64,000 nucleotides of DNA from Lytechinus pictus (Eukaryota). The notes beneath the pieces were generated by a model, which made no database searches, had not been told where the DNA came from, and saw only the letters and a program-made list of their open reading frames with translations. A program made the translations under genes and the position numbers. Location: contig NC_087257.1 of NCBI RefSeq assembly GCF_037042905.1, positions 5,766,001 through 5,830,000 on the forward strand, read 5' to 3'. Shown here one piece after another: positions 1 through 10,271 of this stretch. Position 1 is the first letter of the stretch, and each line of letters starts with the position of its first letter.

Positions 1-245
1 TATTTCCATAAAAAGATAAAATACATACATGCTCAATTTAACATAAAATACAGATCATATGGAGGATGGCCCATTTCAGCGGTATTAATAAAATACCGCT
101 GTTAATTCTTCCATGGGGTCCTTTAAAACATAAATACATGCATATAAAGCAAATATACAAAAATATACACAAAACTTCAAATTTTAATTTAATGCATGAA
201 AAGAAAGAAACTTCACTACAAAGAAAGCAACAACAGGCAAAATGA

Positions 246-1511
246 TTATGGAAAACCGAGATACAATTGAAGATTTGATTTAAAGGACTGAATCGTTGAA
301 CTAGACGATAAATTAATTGGTAATTTGTTATAAAGTGTAGCCCCCCTATACAAAAATGTCCGTTTACAGCTGTTTGAATTTGGTTTTGGGAGACTGAGAT
401 GATTTTCAGTACGCAGAGAGTAAGGGTATGTTTTACGAGAAAATTGTGTTTTCATATAGTCAGGTGCAAAATTATTCAAAACTTTAAACATCATTACGTA
501 CATATGTTCCTTTTGCCGGGTATTTAAAGTCTTCCATTTCAAGATATCATGGATGTATGAGGATGAAGTATGCAAATATGGATCGATTTTTAGAATAATT
601 CTTCCTGCACGATTTTGTAGCTTTTGCAATAAATCCAAATACTTTTTCGATGCAGATTGCCAAACAATATCAGCATAATCAAAGTGTGGAAGGATAACCG
701 AAGAATATATTAAATTTAAACTAGATTCATTAACAAATCGCCTAAGTCTGCCAAGGAAACCAATCATTTTACCGATTTTTGAACACATGTGATCAAAATG
801 AACATTCCATTTAAGTTCCCTATCTATAAAAACTCCAAGATATTTAACACTTTCTACCATTTGAATATCTGTTTCGCGAATGCGTAAGTGAAGATTTTTA
901 TGTTTTGCCAACATATGCCGAGTACCTAAAAACATACTTACGGTTTTATTACAGTTAAGTTTTAATCGATTTTTGCTCATCCAATTTGCAACATTTTTCA
1001 GTTCATTATTAAGTGTTCTTTCAACTACAAGTGGATTTTTGTCCGAGAAATATAAAACAGAGTCATCGGCATATAAATGAAAAGAACATTTATGAAGAGA
1101 GCATGACAAATCATTTATGAATATGACAAAAAGAAGCGGACCCAATATAGACCCCTGGGGTACACCATTTGAAATTACATATTCATAAGAAAAGACATTA
1201 TTCAAACAAGTTTTAATTTTGCGATCGGAAAGATAGCTTAAGAACCAATCGAGTGATTTACCAGTAACTCCAAGAAGAGAGAGTTTAGATAAAAGAATTT
1301 GGTGATTGACTAGGTCAAAGGTTTTTTGTAAGTCTAAAAAGACGGCTCCCGTATAATCCCCATTATCCATGGCAAGAAGCCATTCATCAGTAACCTTTGA
1401 TAGTGCTGTCGTAGTTGAGTGTTTAGGTCTAAATCCTGATTGTTCAGAAATGAGGATTTGGTTTTTATTCAGATAATGCAATCGCTGTTTTTGAATGACC
1501 CTTTCAAGTAA
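246..1511 (-). CDS. LINE ORF2 reverse transcriptase domain (N-terminally truncated)
   Basis: QSGFR, FLDLQKTFD, GVPQGSILGPLLF, YADD and KYLGV motifs. The frame is open from 1511 to the stop at 246. Confidence 0.9.
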   Translation of the reverse strand, partial: LLERVIQKQRLHYLNKNQILISEQSGFRPKHSTTTALSKVTDEWLLAMDNGDYTGAVFLDLQKTFDLVNHQILLSKLSLLGVTGKSLDWFLSYLSDRKIKTCLNNVFSYEYVISNGVPQGSILGPLLFVIFINDLSCSLHKCSFHLYADDSVLYFSDKNPLVVERTLNNELKNVANWMSKNRLKLNCNKTVSMFLGTRHMLAKHKNLHLRIRETDIQMVESVKYLGVFIDRELKWNVHFDHMCSKIGKMIGFLGRLRRFVNESSLNLIYSSVILPHFDYADIVWQSASKKYLDLLQKLQNRAGRIILKIDPYLHTSSSYIHDILKWKTLNTRQKEHMYVMMFKVLNNFAPDYMKTQFSRKTYPYSLRTENHLSLPKPNSNSCKRTFLYRGATLYNKLPINLSSSSTIQSFKSNLQLYLGFP

Positions 1512-1732
1512 CTATGAATATAAGTGTATGGGCAGAATGTGATCAGCCAACATCCTAAAATGTGCAAAATGAAAAAACAAAAACTTGTTGAAAAGTTTTA
1601 ATAGTCGACACTAATTTCAAAAGATAACATTTTGTCTGTGAACTAGCCAAATGCACATTATAAAATGTTTGAATGCATATTGAAATGTTTGAGAAAAAAA
1701 ATGTAAGAACATATTATTATAGCAACATTCTA

Positions 1733-2452
1733 CTAAGACTGTAATTTGGCGATGTCGGACCCATTTGTGATAGTAACTCGTCTGTCATTCCTTGTGAGCA
1801 CTCGAATTCGTCCATCTTGGGTCCAGAGTCGTTTTACAATGTCTTTGTGTTTAGTTTTTAACACACGAATGAGATCACCTCTGCTTTTTGTTAGACTTTC
1901 CTGTATGTAGATTTGTTGTCCTTCTTGTTCTCTAAGCTTTCTCCTTGCTTGGTATATGAGATTACGTACTTTATAGTTAGTAAAACGCATTATGATCCCT
2001 CTCACCTTTCCTCTGTTAGGACCTAATCTATGAGATCTATCTATATCTGTTTTCTGCAACTTTATGTTAAGTTTCTCTTCACACATCTCCATCACTGTAG
2101 TATCAGTATTCTCCAACATACCTTCTGCTAGCACTTTCTCTGGTAGGCCATGGAAAATCAAGCAGTTCCTCCTAGAGTATTGCTCTGCATCCTCCTGCTT
2201 CTCCTTTAGGCTATCAATTTCCTTTCGCATCTGGTCTATCTTGTTGTCCCTCTCGTTGAGCTCGAAGTCAAGAGTTTCTTTAATATTTCCAGCAACGTTT
2301 TCCGTTATAGTATTGGTTAACTCCTCTATCAATGCCTCCTTTATCCTCTTTACAAGTTTATCGATGATATCATTGCTAGATTCAATGGCATTTCTCACCT
2401 CACCTCGGATTTCCTTCGTCAATTCTTCCGCTGAAATACGGGACCGTGTCAT
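1733..2452 (-). CDS. LINE ORF1p (coiled coil plus RRM-like domain)
   Basis: Coiled-coil segment followed by EQYSRRNCLIFHGLPE, DIDRSHRLG, IQESLT and WTQDGRI motifs typical of CR1/L2-group ORF1. Confidence 0.85.
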   Translation of the reverse strand: MTRSRISAEELTKEIRGEVRNAIESSNDIIDKLVKRIKEALIEELTNTITENVAGNIKETLDFELNERDNKIDQMRKEIDSLKEKQEDAEQYSRRNCLIFHGLPEKVLAEGMLENTDTTVMEMCEEKLNIKLQKTDIDRSHRLGPNRGKVRGIIMRFTNYKVRNLIYQARRKLREQEGQQIYIQESLTKSRGDLIRVLKTKHKDIVKRLWTQDGRIRVLTRNDRRVTITNGSDIAKLQS

Positions 2453-3035
2453 GATTGTAAACTCACTGGCAAGTCTCGATAAGACACATAAGCTTCTCGA
2501 AGTAGATTGTTAAAAATCACCGGTCTCTCGTTTCACAAATAAAATCGACAATACAATGCTGACAATTGGAGAAATATCACGTATGATTCAAGTTCATGAA
2601 GAAAATCCTCGGAAAAAAAAACTCATTATATTCCGTAACTTTACTACATAAGGCAAAAGGTAGGGGCCGAGAACGGAGTGGAGCGAAAAGTAAACACGTC
2701 CTTACATGACGACGAAAACGACGAAAAAAAAAGATGTTTAGAAAGAATGGCATGACCATCAATTATCCATTTTGATGACTCTCAATTTGATAATTCCCTT
2801 TTCTAGTCTCTTTTAAATTTCTGTTAGCATTTCTTTTGTAAGATCTCTACTAATTTTATACCATGAACCTAAATAAAGAAAACTTACAAAAATGAAGTGA
2901 TATTAAAAAGGGTAGTAAAAAAAACCCGGGGCACTTGGTGACGGGGAGGGGTAAATAATAAAAAGAAATGTGTATAAAACCATGAACATGTTATTCTATT
3001 TATTTTCATCCTGCATTTTTGTTTCTTTCTCCATC

Positions 3036-4393
3036 CATAGGCGGATTCAGGGGGGCCGAGGGGCCCGCCCCCCCCCTATTGGCAGAGCAAAAAAAAGGAA
3101 AAAAAGGAAAGGAAGAAAAAAAAAAAGAGGGAACAGAGAGGAGAAAAAGAAGAGGAAAATAAAAAGAATCTTTCATGTCACTATATAAAATTTTCGCTCG
3201 CGCTTCGCGCTCGCATTGCCTGATAGGTGATTTTCATATCTTGTGGAGTTTAGATATCAAGTTTGGAAGTCAATATACAAAACATATTCCACCTCGGAAA
3301 TCGAACTTCCATTATTTTGTGTGATTGTTTTCAAGACAGTTTGTAAAAAAAAATTTGGCTTGCAATTGCGCTCGCATTAATGGTTAAAAATATATTAAAT
3401 GATGCAACCTATTTATAATTACAAAAATGCTTGAAATGCCCAGTTTTCAGGCCATAATATCATCAGATTTTGCGCCCTCTTAGGCATTAATGAATAAGAT
3501 ATTAATTTAATAATTAAATTGTCCCTTTTGTTTCATCTCGCGCTTAGCAAGAGGAATAGGAAGATAGTCATCATTTTCATATGATGACATGTCCCGGATG
3601 TCCCGGTCCTATGTCAAAACGCAAGGTAATAATGAAAAATATCAGCTCTTTATTAAGTGCGATCCTTATCAACCTCACAATTTTCCTACAAAGTGGTTGA
3701 AATATAGAGCAGAAATTACTCTTTTTTCAGATTGGAATATCAAATAGTTTAAGCTCGTGCTCGCTTTGATTTTCATGATAAAAGATGTATTTAGATGTCC
3801 CGTTTTTAGGTCTAAATCTCGATTTTTTCCGCTCGCGCTTCGCGCTCGCATCAATTGTTTAGTTTTATAGCTATCCTGTTCACGATTACAAAAATTGATT
3901 AAAATTTTCCTTTTTTTATGTAGAAAATTCAATTTTTTTCAGCTCGCGCTTCGCGCTCGCATTATTTGATTGTTGAAAAATGTAACGTCTTCATGGCTAA
4001 GTGCAAGCAATCCTTAACAGGTACCTTTTCGATCAGCTCAAAACATATGTAAAATTATCCTTATCCATCAGTTCATTTCTGTTCGCGTTCGTAGTAATTA
4101 TTGCATACACATGCATCTTTTTCAGGAAAACAAACATTGCCCAGAATGTTCAAATTTTAGGAAAAAATACACAAGATTGAAAAAAATTAACTCGCGCTTC
4201 GCGCTCGCATTATATAGATAAGCATTATAATATTATATATTAATGTTGATTTATAAGAATAAAGCTAAGAAGTGACCTTTAGGACTACCCCTTCAAAGAA
4301 ACCAAAAAATCATCTTCGAGCGGCCGATCGGGGAAAATATGGCTGAAAAAATTCCGCCCCCCCCCCTATTGGCGAAGGCTGCATCCGCCCCTG
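3036..4393. mobile_element. Non-autonomous hAT-like TIR element with internal GCGAGCGCGAAGCGCGAGC repeats
   Basis: Imperfect TIRs CATAGGCGGATTCAG / CTGCATCCGCCCCTG. Exact 8-bp TSD TCTCCATC at 3028-3035 and 4394-4401. Same family at 21526-23605. Confidence 0.85.
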
Positions 4394-5579
4394 TCTCCAT
4401 CCATTATGTATTTATCAGTTTTCCCAAAGGAATAGATTCATTCAATCAGTCAATTGCAGTAACAATTCGATTATCATTATTACTATCATTATTGTAATAA
4501 TAAAAAAAAGCTATCGAGATACTTGCCCTAATAGCGTCAACAAAAATGCAGGTGTTAACAAACCCCTCCCTCATCTTTAATTCCTCGAAAATTTATAATG
4601 AATATTAATTGGCCTATGTCATTTTGTTTAACTTGAAGATCTGTCACAAAAAACATGTTTGATCTTTTACTACATGTTGATAGTTTATAACATCGTAAAT
4701 AATGAAGAAAAAAAACTGTTATAAAACAAAAGTATGAAGATCGGTACTTGCCCTTTAATATACGGGAGTTAAAAATAAAAAAAGAACAGTCGCCCTTTCA
4801 AACTAAGTCACGAATTCATACAGCGTGACTGTCGTCAACAAATTGCTTAATCGCATCGAATTAAGCACGGGGGCGGTTCTAGATTCATTATTCATACTTT
4901 TTTTTTCGGGGGGGGGGGGGTGATATAAATTGTAATATAATTGAAGGAGAATGTCCTATATATCCTCAATTAAGTAACTAACTATTATGCTTAGGCCCAG
5001 CACGGCTTATGTCTTAGGGGTAATTGTAAAGATTATTATCATTCTTTTTTATTTAAACTATTAAAAGAGTATATAGGCTATCCAATGATGCAAATATTAT
5101 TTCGAAACTCCAAGTAAAACTCAATATATCATCAAATTACAAAGGTCATAAATATAAATAATCGTAAAAATACCCTGTGGAAAGCCGCCGTTTATGTTTA
5201 AATTTTAAGCACGACATAATTTTTTGTCAATCAAATGGATTTATGTCATGATTTATGTCGCGATTTATGACATAAAGCTTTATGCAACAGATTTATGTCA
5301 ATATTTGTGTTTATGTCATGATTTACGCTGATGACAAAAATCTTAACATAAATCATAACATAATCAATACGTAATTTTTTATGCAACAGGGCCCAGGCCT
5401 TAATTTCGAAAGTATAGAGGGGAATTATTCGTCCACGGATGTACTGGCAAAATTACTATTTTCGCCCCTCTGGGAAAATAGTAATGCCAGTCCATCCTCG
5501 GACAAATATTGGCTCTATACTTACTCAAAGCCTGGTATATTTGTATACTATATATCGCCATTATTGATTAAAGTAGCCT

Positions 5580-5597
5580 AGTAATAGTAGTCGTGGG

Positions 5598-5629
<32 letters not shown>

Positions 5630-5940
5630 AAGAAGAAATAGTATTAGTAGTAGTAGTGGTAGTAATAGTAGTAGTAGTAGTAGTAGAGGTAGTTGTAGTA
5701 GTAGTTGCAACAGTAGCAGTAGCAGCAGCAGCAGCAGCAGTAGCAGTAGTAGTAGTAGTAGTATTAGTGTTATTAGTAGTAGTATTAGTATTAGTGTTAT
5801 TAGTAGTAGTATTAGTGTTATTATTAATATAATTAGTAGGAGTAGTAGTAGTGGTAGTGGTAGTAGTAGTAGTAGTAGTGGTAGTGGTGGTGGTAGTAAG
5901 AGTAGTAGTAGGCCCAGTAGTGAAGTAGTAGTAGTACAGT
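5580..5940. repeat. (GTA/GCA/GTG)n trinucleotide microsatellite
   Basis: Directly visible; explains the poly-Val ORF. Confidence 0.95.
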
Positions 5941-7051
5941 GGAAGTATGCAGTGTTAGCTGTAGAAAAAGTAGTTATAGTATATAAGAGTAAGAAAATAA
6001 TCTGTTGTTAGCACTATATTGCAATTATGATAACAATTTATGCTCGTATTTAAGTTTTTTTTACTGCATGTATCAATTTAGTGACCCTTCTTTATACATT
6101 TCTAGTTCATGAATATGCTTCTTTAAATATGTGCGTACTCTCTGCAGGTTTTGTATTGGAGAAAAAAAAAGATTGTCATGTTTTCTTATTAGATTCGTTG
6201 TCCTATTGGATTTTCTTTGACCGTGTTGACTGAATTATTGTTAAAAAACACCCCTTTACAACGAATCTAAATTCTTCACTCATTACACAAAACATTAAAT
6301 AAAAATTATCGGAAAAGTCATTTTACTATAATTTGTGAAGATGATGCATGATCTGTAGTCTAATTATAAGCTCAGCCAAATGAATTTATTCGATTCATTC
6401 ATAAAATTCACACTAGCATTATTTTGTCCACTTTGATCTGCCACGTTCTACCTACAATGAATAAGAGCATCGAATTTTCAATTTTCCATACATTACAAGA
6501 ATTAGTCAAATATTTGGTATGATATTTTTTTAATGACGTTAGTTTATTTAGTAATGCCATATTATAGTTTTATCAGTTTTAACAGAACTCTACCCATGCG
6601 AGTATGCAACTGAAAACTTAGTCAGTAATCATGTAGTTTAGTTTCTATTTTGTCCTAAAATATCTTTACATAATATGCACTGGGAAAAGAAAAGTTTGTT
6701 ACTAAAAGAGACAACAGGGGGCAATACAAAACGAGACATATCACCTACTTCATGGAAAAACAATATCTCGAATAAAATGACAGAAAGGGATGTTTGGAAG
6801 TGAAGGAGGGGAAAAAGGGAAGAATTAAAAAGTGAATTTGGCTCAAATGAATCACATGAAATATTCACAGTGTGGCCACATTGATTTAAGAAAAAATAAG
6901 AGACGAGGAAATAAAAAGTTGATCCTTTTCCTTTTCTTTTAGGGATTTATCCCTCCTGAAACCCCCTTATATTTCGTTTAATAAAATTAAACCAATATTT
7001 TCCTCTTTAATCACAATCAATAAACTTGTTTCAGATTCATCATAATTATAT

Positions 7052-8522
7052 TTAAGAAGGCCGCAATCTATTTTTATACATTTCACGATAGAATGGCATG
7101 GAGTGGTCAACGCATTGGATGACGTCATCTGTGAGCTGATCACGTGGTATGGGCCCAGATTCACGTGGCGCCACAAAACTTGTGCTGTTTAAAGCTGTGG
7201 CATAGAGCTGCTTGCCCACAGCTTGCGACATATTCTCCAATGGTGTTACAAAGTTATTTGGGAATTCTTGACTGGGGGTCCATTGTAGAAGGTCATCGCT
7301 GTATGGAAATCCAACATCATTACAGAAGGCCCTCAAAATTTTCCGAGGTTCGGAGGCGAGGTCGAAAGCGTCAATGATGATTGGATTCGGTTCGATGTGC
7401 TCTCTGACGTATTTCCAAAGTTCGTGCTGCTTCTCGTACCAACTCTTCGGGCGTGTCGATGCGACATCATCACGAATGATGTCGAACATGCGCTCATCTG
7501 TGGCGTGCTCCGGGAGGTGGCTTTCTGGAATTGATGGCGCCGCAGCCAGAATGCTCTTCCGGTAAGATGCGAAAACTCTCGAAGGTTCCCGAGTTAGAAA
7601 CACATATCTGAAGCCTCGGGGAAGATATTCTTGAACAAAGCTGTAAGCCATATCTTTATTGAAAACATACTTGCTTGACGCATTCTCTAAGTCTTGCTTG
7701 ATGTCAAGGAACCTGAAAATAAAGAAACGACAGACCTATACGTTAATTTTTTATAGGCTCAGACTCTCTATCTCATTTTCTCATTATTTCTCTCCCGGGT
7801 TATCTCCTCCAAAATCTATAAAGCTGAAATTTCCATCTGTTAATGGTTAGGATTTTTTTGTACGTTCCATTTGTATTGTATACATATGCTTGTATTTTGC
7901 TTTGTTCTATGTTATACAGGGCCAACATGTACAACACTATTTGCATTCTCATGGGGCTACCTTTTCTAATTAATTAAATTAAATAAATGAATAAATACAT
8001 GAATACTTAAATAAATTTCTACATGATTTACCGAAGCGAAATTCAAGAGGCATTTATTTCGAATATCTTCTCAAATCCACCGTGATCCACCGAAATGAGT
8101 TCGAATTTTAAGCATCGCCACATGAAGAGATCGACGTTTATTGAAAACAAATAATCTATACCAAGCGAAAAGATTTTAGAGGCGACCTAATAAGAAGTCC
8201 GAGCTCATATATACTAGCTGAATTGAAAAAGAAAAGATCTTGGAAAATAAACTTACGATGCTCTCCTTTGGATGATTTTTCTGCCGATTGACATTGCATT
8301 GAAAAGCTCACTCATCTGGTCGTAATCCTTCTCGTTTCCTTCTAATTGGGATGGGAGCCTACGACCCACTACCGACTCGAACATATTAGATGCCGCATCG
8401 GCGTGAGAAAACAGTTCGAAATAGACCTCCGTCCCGTCGATGACACTCAGGCATTTGGTTAGTACTGTGGACAACGATCGTGGCACGCACCACAAATTTA
8501 CTTTAACTTGCTTCTCGCCCAT
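7052..8522 (-). CDS. P-loop sulfotransferase-like protein (Sulfotransfer_5 / 'BCAT-like' N-terminal domain family), copy 1, 308 aa
   Basis: Exon 1 is 8522-8257 (donor GTAAGT) and exon 2 is 7712-7052 (acceptor TTTCAG); they join in frame. Motifs WCVPRSLST, KDMAY, FLTREPSRVFASY and IIIDAFDL...P...L..FC...G.PY...LL.W. Confidence 0.8.
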
Positions 8523-9018
8523 GGTATTATATAAAATGAAAATATATATTCCTTTGAAGATTAATATCAACGCGACAAGACTTGTAAGCCACCCCTTTTA
8601 CAGTGGCCTCCAAACATGCTAAAAGGTAAAATATTAATCTGCAAAATAGAGTCTGAACTCGTGATAATAAAGATTAAAGCTAACAAACCCGAGTTAGATT
8701 AAACAAAGTTAGTATTCATATAAATTATGTCAATGCCATGTCAATACAAGAAACTCAGCACCTTAATTGGCAAATATCAGTCGGACTCTGAACTTACTGA
8801 GATCCCTTTTTTTTCGAGGTGGTCTCGAGTGTGTCATGGTGTCAAAGCAAAAGTGGAACGATGGAATGAAGTTGTCCAGGCTANNNNNNNNNNNNNNNNN
8901 NNNNNNNNNNNNNNNNNNNNNNNNNNNNNNNNNNNNNNNNNNNNNNNNNNNNNNNNNNNNNNNNNNNNNNNNNNNNNNNNNNNNNNNNNNNNNNNNNNNN
9001 NNNNNNNNNNNNNNATCA

Positions 9019-9049
<31 letters not shown>

Positions 9050-9054
<5 letters not shown>

Positions 9055-9218
9055 TGATGAGCAAGGACCTAAACATTGCGTGGGTGCTTCAGTGAGTAAT
9101 ATATTGGCGAAGAAGCTCAAAAAGCATTGAAGCTAGAGACGTAGTCTGGATTTCTTTAACTTTTATTAGTACAAGCTTTCGGCCATTTAGTTGGGCCTTC
9201 TTCAGGTATCTGAAGATG
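9050..9218 (-). mobile_element. Penelope-like element fragment with minimal hammerhead-like motif
   Basis: Minus strand reads CTGAAGA-A-GGCC-N9-GGCC-GAAAGCTT at about 9172-9206, next to (TA)n. Confidence 0.6.
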
Positions 9219-9219
9219 T

Positions 9220-9677
9220 AAAATACATAATGGCTTTACAATTACCATGCATATATTTGGATTAATTTACTAAATATAGGTATATCTTAAAAGAAAATGT
9301 TTACATCGGTAATGTTTAATTAGGATTATCCAATAGCTATTAAAATCAATTAAGTTTACGCACATTTTTATTACAAACATTTTATTACAAACATTTTCTG
9401 TGATTAAGGTATCAAATAAAAGAGCAGATATTGAACTTTTTATACAGGTGATTTTCTTTTTGAAATTCAGATACCCCCCCCCCAAATGAGTTTTTGGTAT
9501 CCTTTCTTCAATTTTTTTTTGCTCACTCATGCATGAATGAGGAATAATCAAAGTAATTTCAGATAAAAGAGGAGATTCGAAGCTTTACATTGGTAGGTCA
9601 TTTGTCCATTGTATTTACGATTAAGTTATGATAAATCATCACTTAATCTCCGTTTTTGTTTTCTGGGACGCACTGTA
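9220..9677. mobile_element. Tc1/mariner-like MITE fragment
   Basis: Ends TTTTCTGGGACGCACTG-TA. A related left end TA-CAGCGCGTCCCA lies at about 54215. Confidence 0.5.
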
Positions 9678-9692
9678 TGTAAATATATATAT

Positions 9693-10271
9693 AAATGTGT
9701 GAAGTTATACATGTACAACAGCTTTGGCAACTCTTTTCTTTAAATATTGTGTGAAAGAAATGGATGAAGAGAACAATGGTAGGCGTAGCTTAAATCAAGG
9801 ATGCCAGAGCTATCTACCCTTTGGAAAAATTGGTGATGCCGAAAAATGTCTCTGCCGGGAATCGAACCCGGGCCCCCAGCTTTGAACGCCGGCGCCTTAA
9901 CCACTAGACCACAGATACGGGTTAGTGGCTAGGGCGACCCCGATCCGATTGACCGTCAGATAGACAGATTTTCGACACCACCAGTTATAATTTCCTTTGT
10001 CGGGTGAAGATGGGTTTTGAACAATGACAAGCCGCCATGTCTCAGCTGGATCAAAGGTATTGCTTTGATACAGTACACGTATGGGAAAAAGTATACAAAT
10101 GTGTGAAGTTATAAATGTACAACTGCTTTGGCAACTCTTTTTATTCAAATATTGTGTAAAAGAAATGGATGAAGAGAACAATGGTAGGCGTAGCTTAAAT
10201 CAAGGATCCCCAGAGCTATCTACCCTTTGGAAAAATCGGTGATGCCGAAAAAATGTCTCTGCCGGGAATCG
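9693..10271 (-). mobile_element. tRNA-containing ~404-bp tandem element, locus A (about 1.4 units)
   Basis: The unit restarts at 10097 and is preceded by (TA)n. The second unit is cut at 10271 by the HERO-like element. Confidence 0.85.
9847..9918 (-). tRNA. tRNA-like cloverleaf, anticodon TCA (element-borne; function unknown)
   Basis: GTATCTG TG GTCT AGTGGTTA AGGC G CCGGC GTTCAAA GCTGG GGGC CCGGG TTCGATT CCCGG CAGAGAC A, followed by TTTTT. A and B boxes are present; one acceptor-stem mismatch. Confidence 0.6.

Larger units (their letters stand above)
1..2702 (-). mobile_element. CR1/L2-group LINE with ORF1 and RT but internally deleted endonuclease
   Basis: ORF1 at 1733-2452 is followed about 220 bp later by RT homology starting at 1511 (LLERVIQKQ). 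The 3'UTR has a perfect 10-bp hairpin at 77-101. The 5' boundary near 2702 is approximate and the 3' end may run off the window. Confidence 0.85.
6043..10271. repeat. Tandem segmental duplication, copy 1 (copy 2 at about 13166-17349)
   Basis: Flanking, intronic and exonic sequence align between the copies from CTCGTATTTAAGTTTT onward. Boundaries are approximate and an N-gap lies inside. Confidence 0.85.

Noticed and set aside
5593-5832. Poly-Val ORF and similar low-complexity ORFs (59490-59712 and the IYIY ORFs)
   Set aside because: These are translations of microsatellites.
9847-9918. Selenocysteine tRNA gene
   Set aside because: It is 72 nt with a 7/5 fold and a 4-nt variable loop. Eukaryotic tRNA-Sec has a 9/4 fold and a long variable arm.
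10024-10071. Possible SECIS element (ATGAC...TGAT)
   Set aside because: There is no apical AA at the correct spacing, and locus B favours an alternative ATCAAAGC/GCTTTGAT hairpin.
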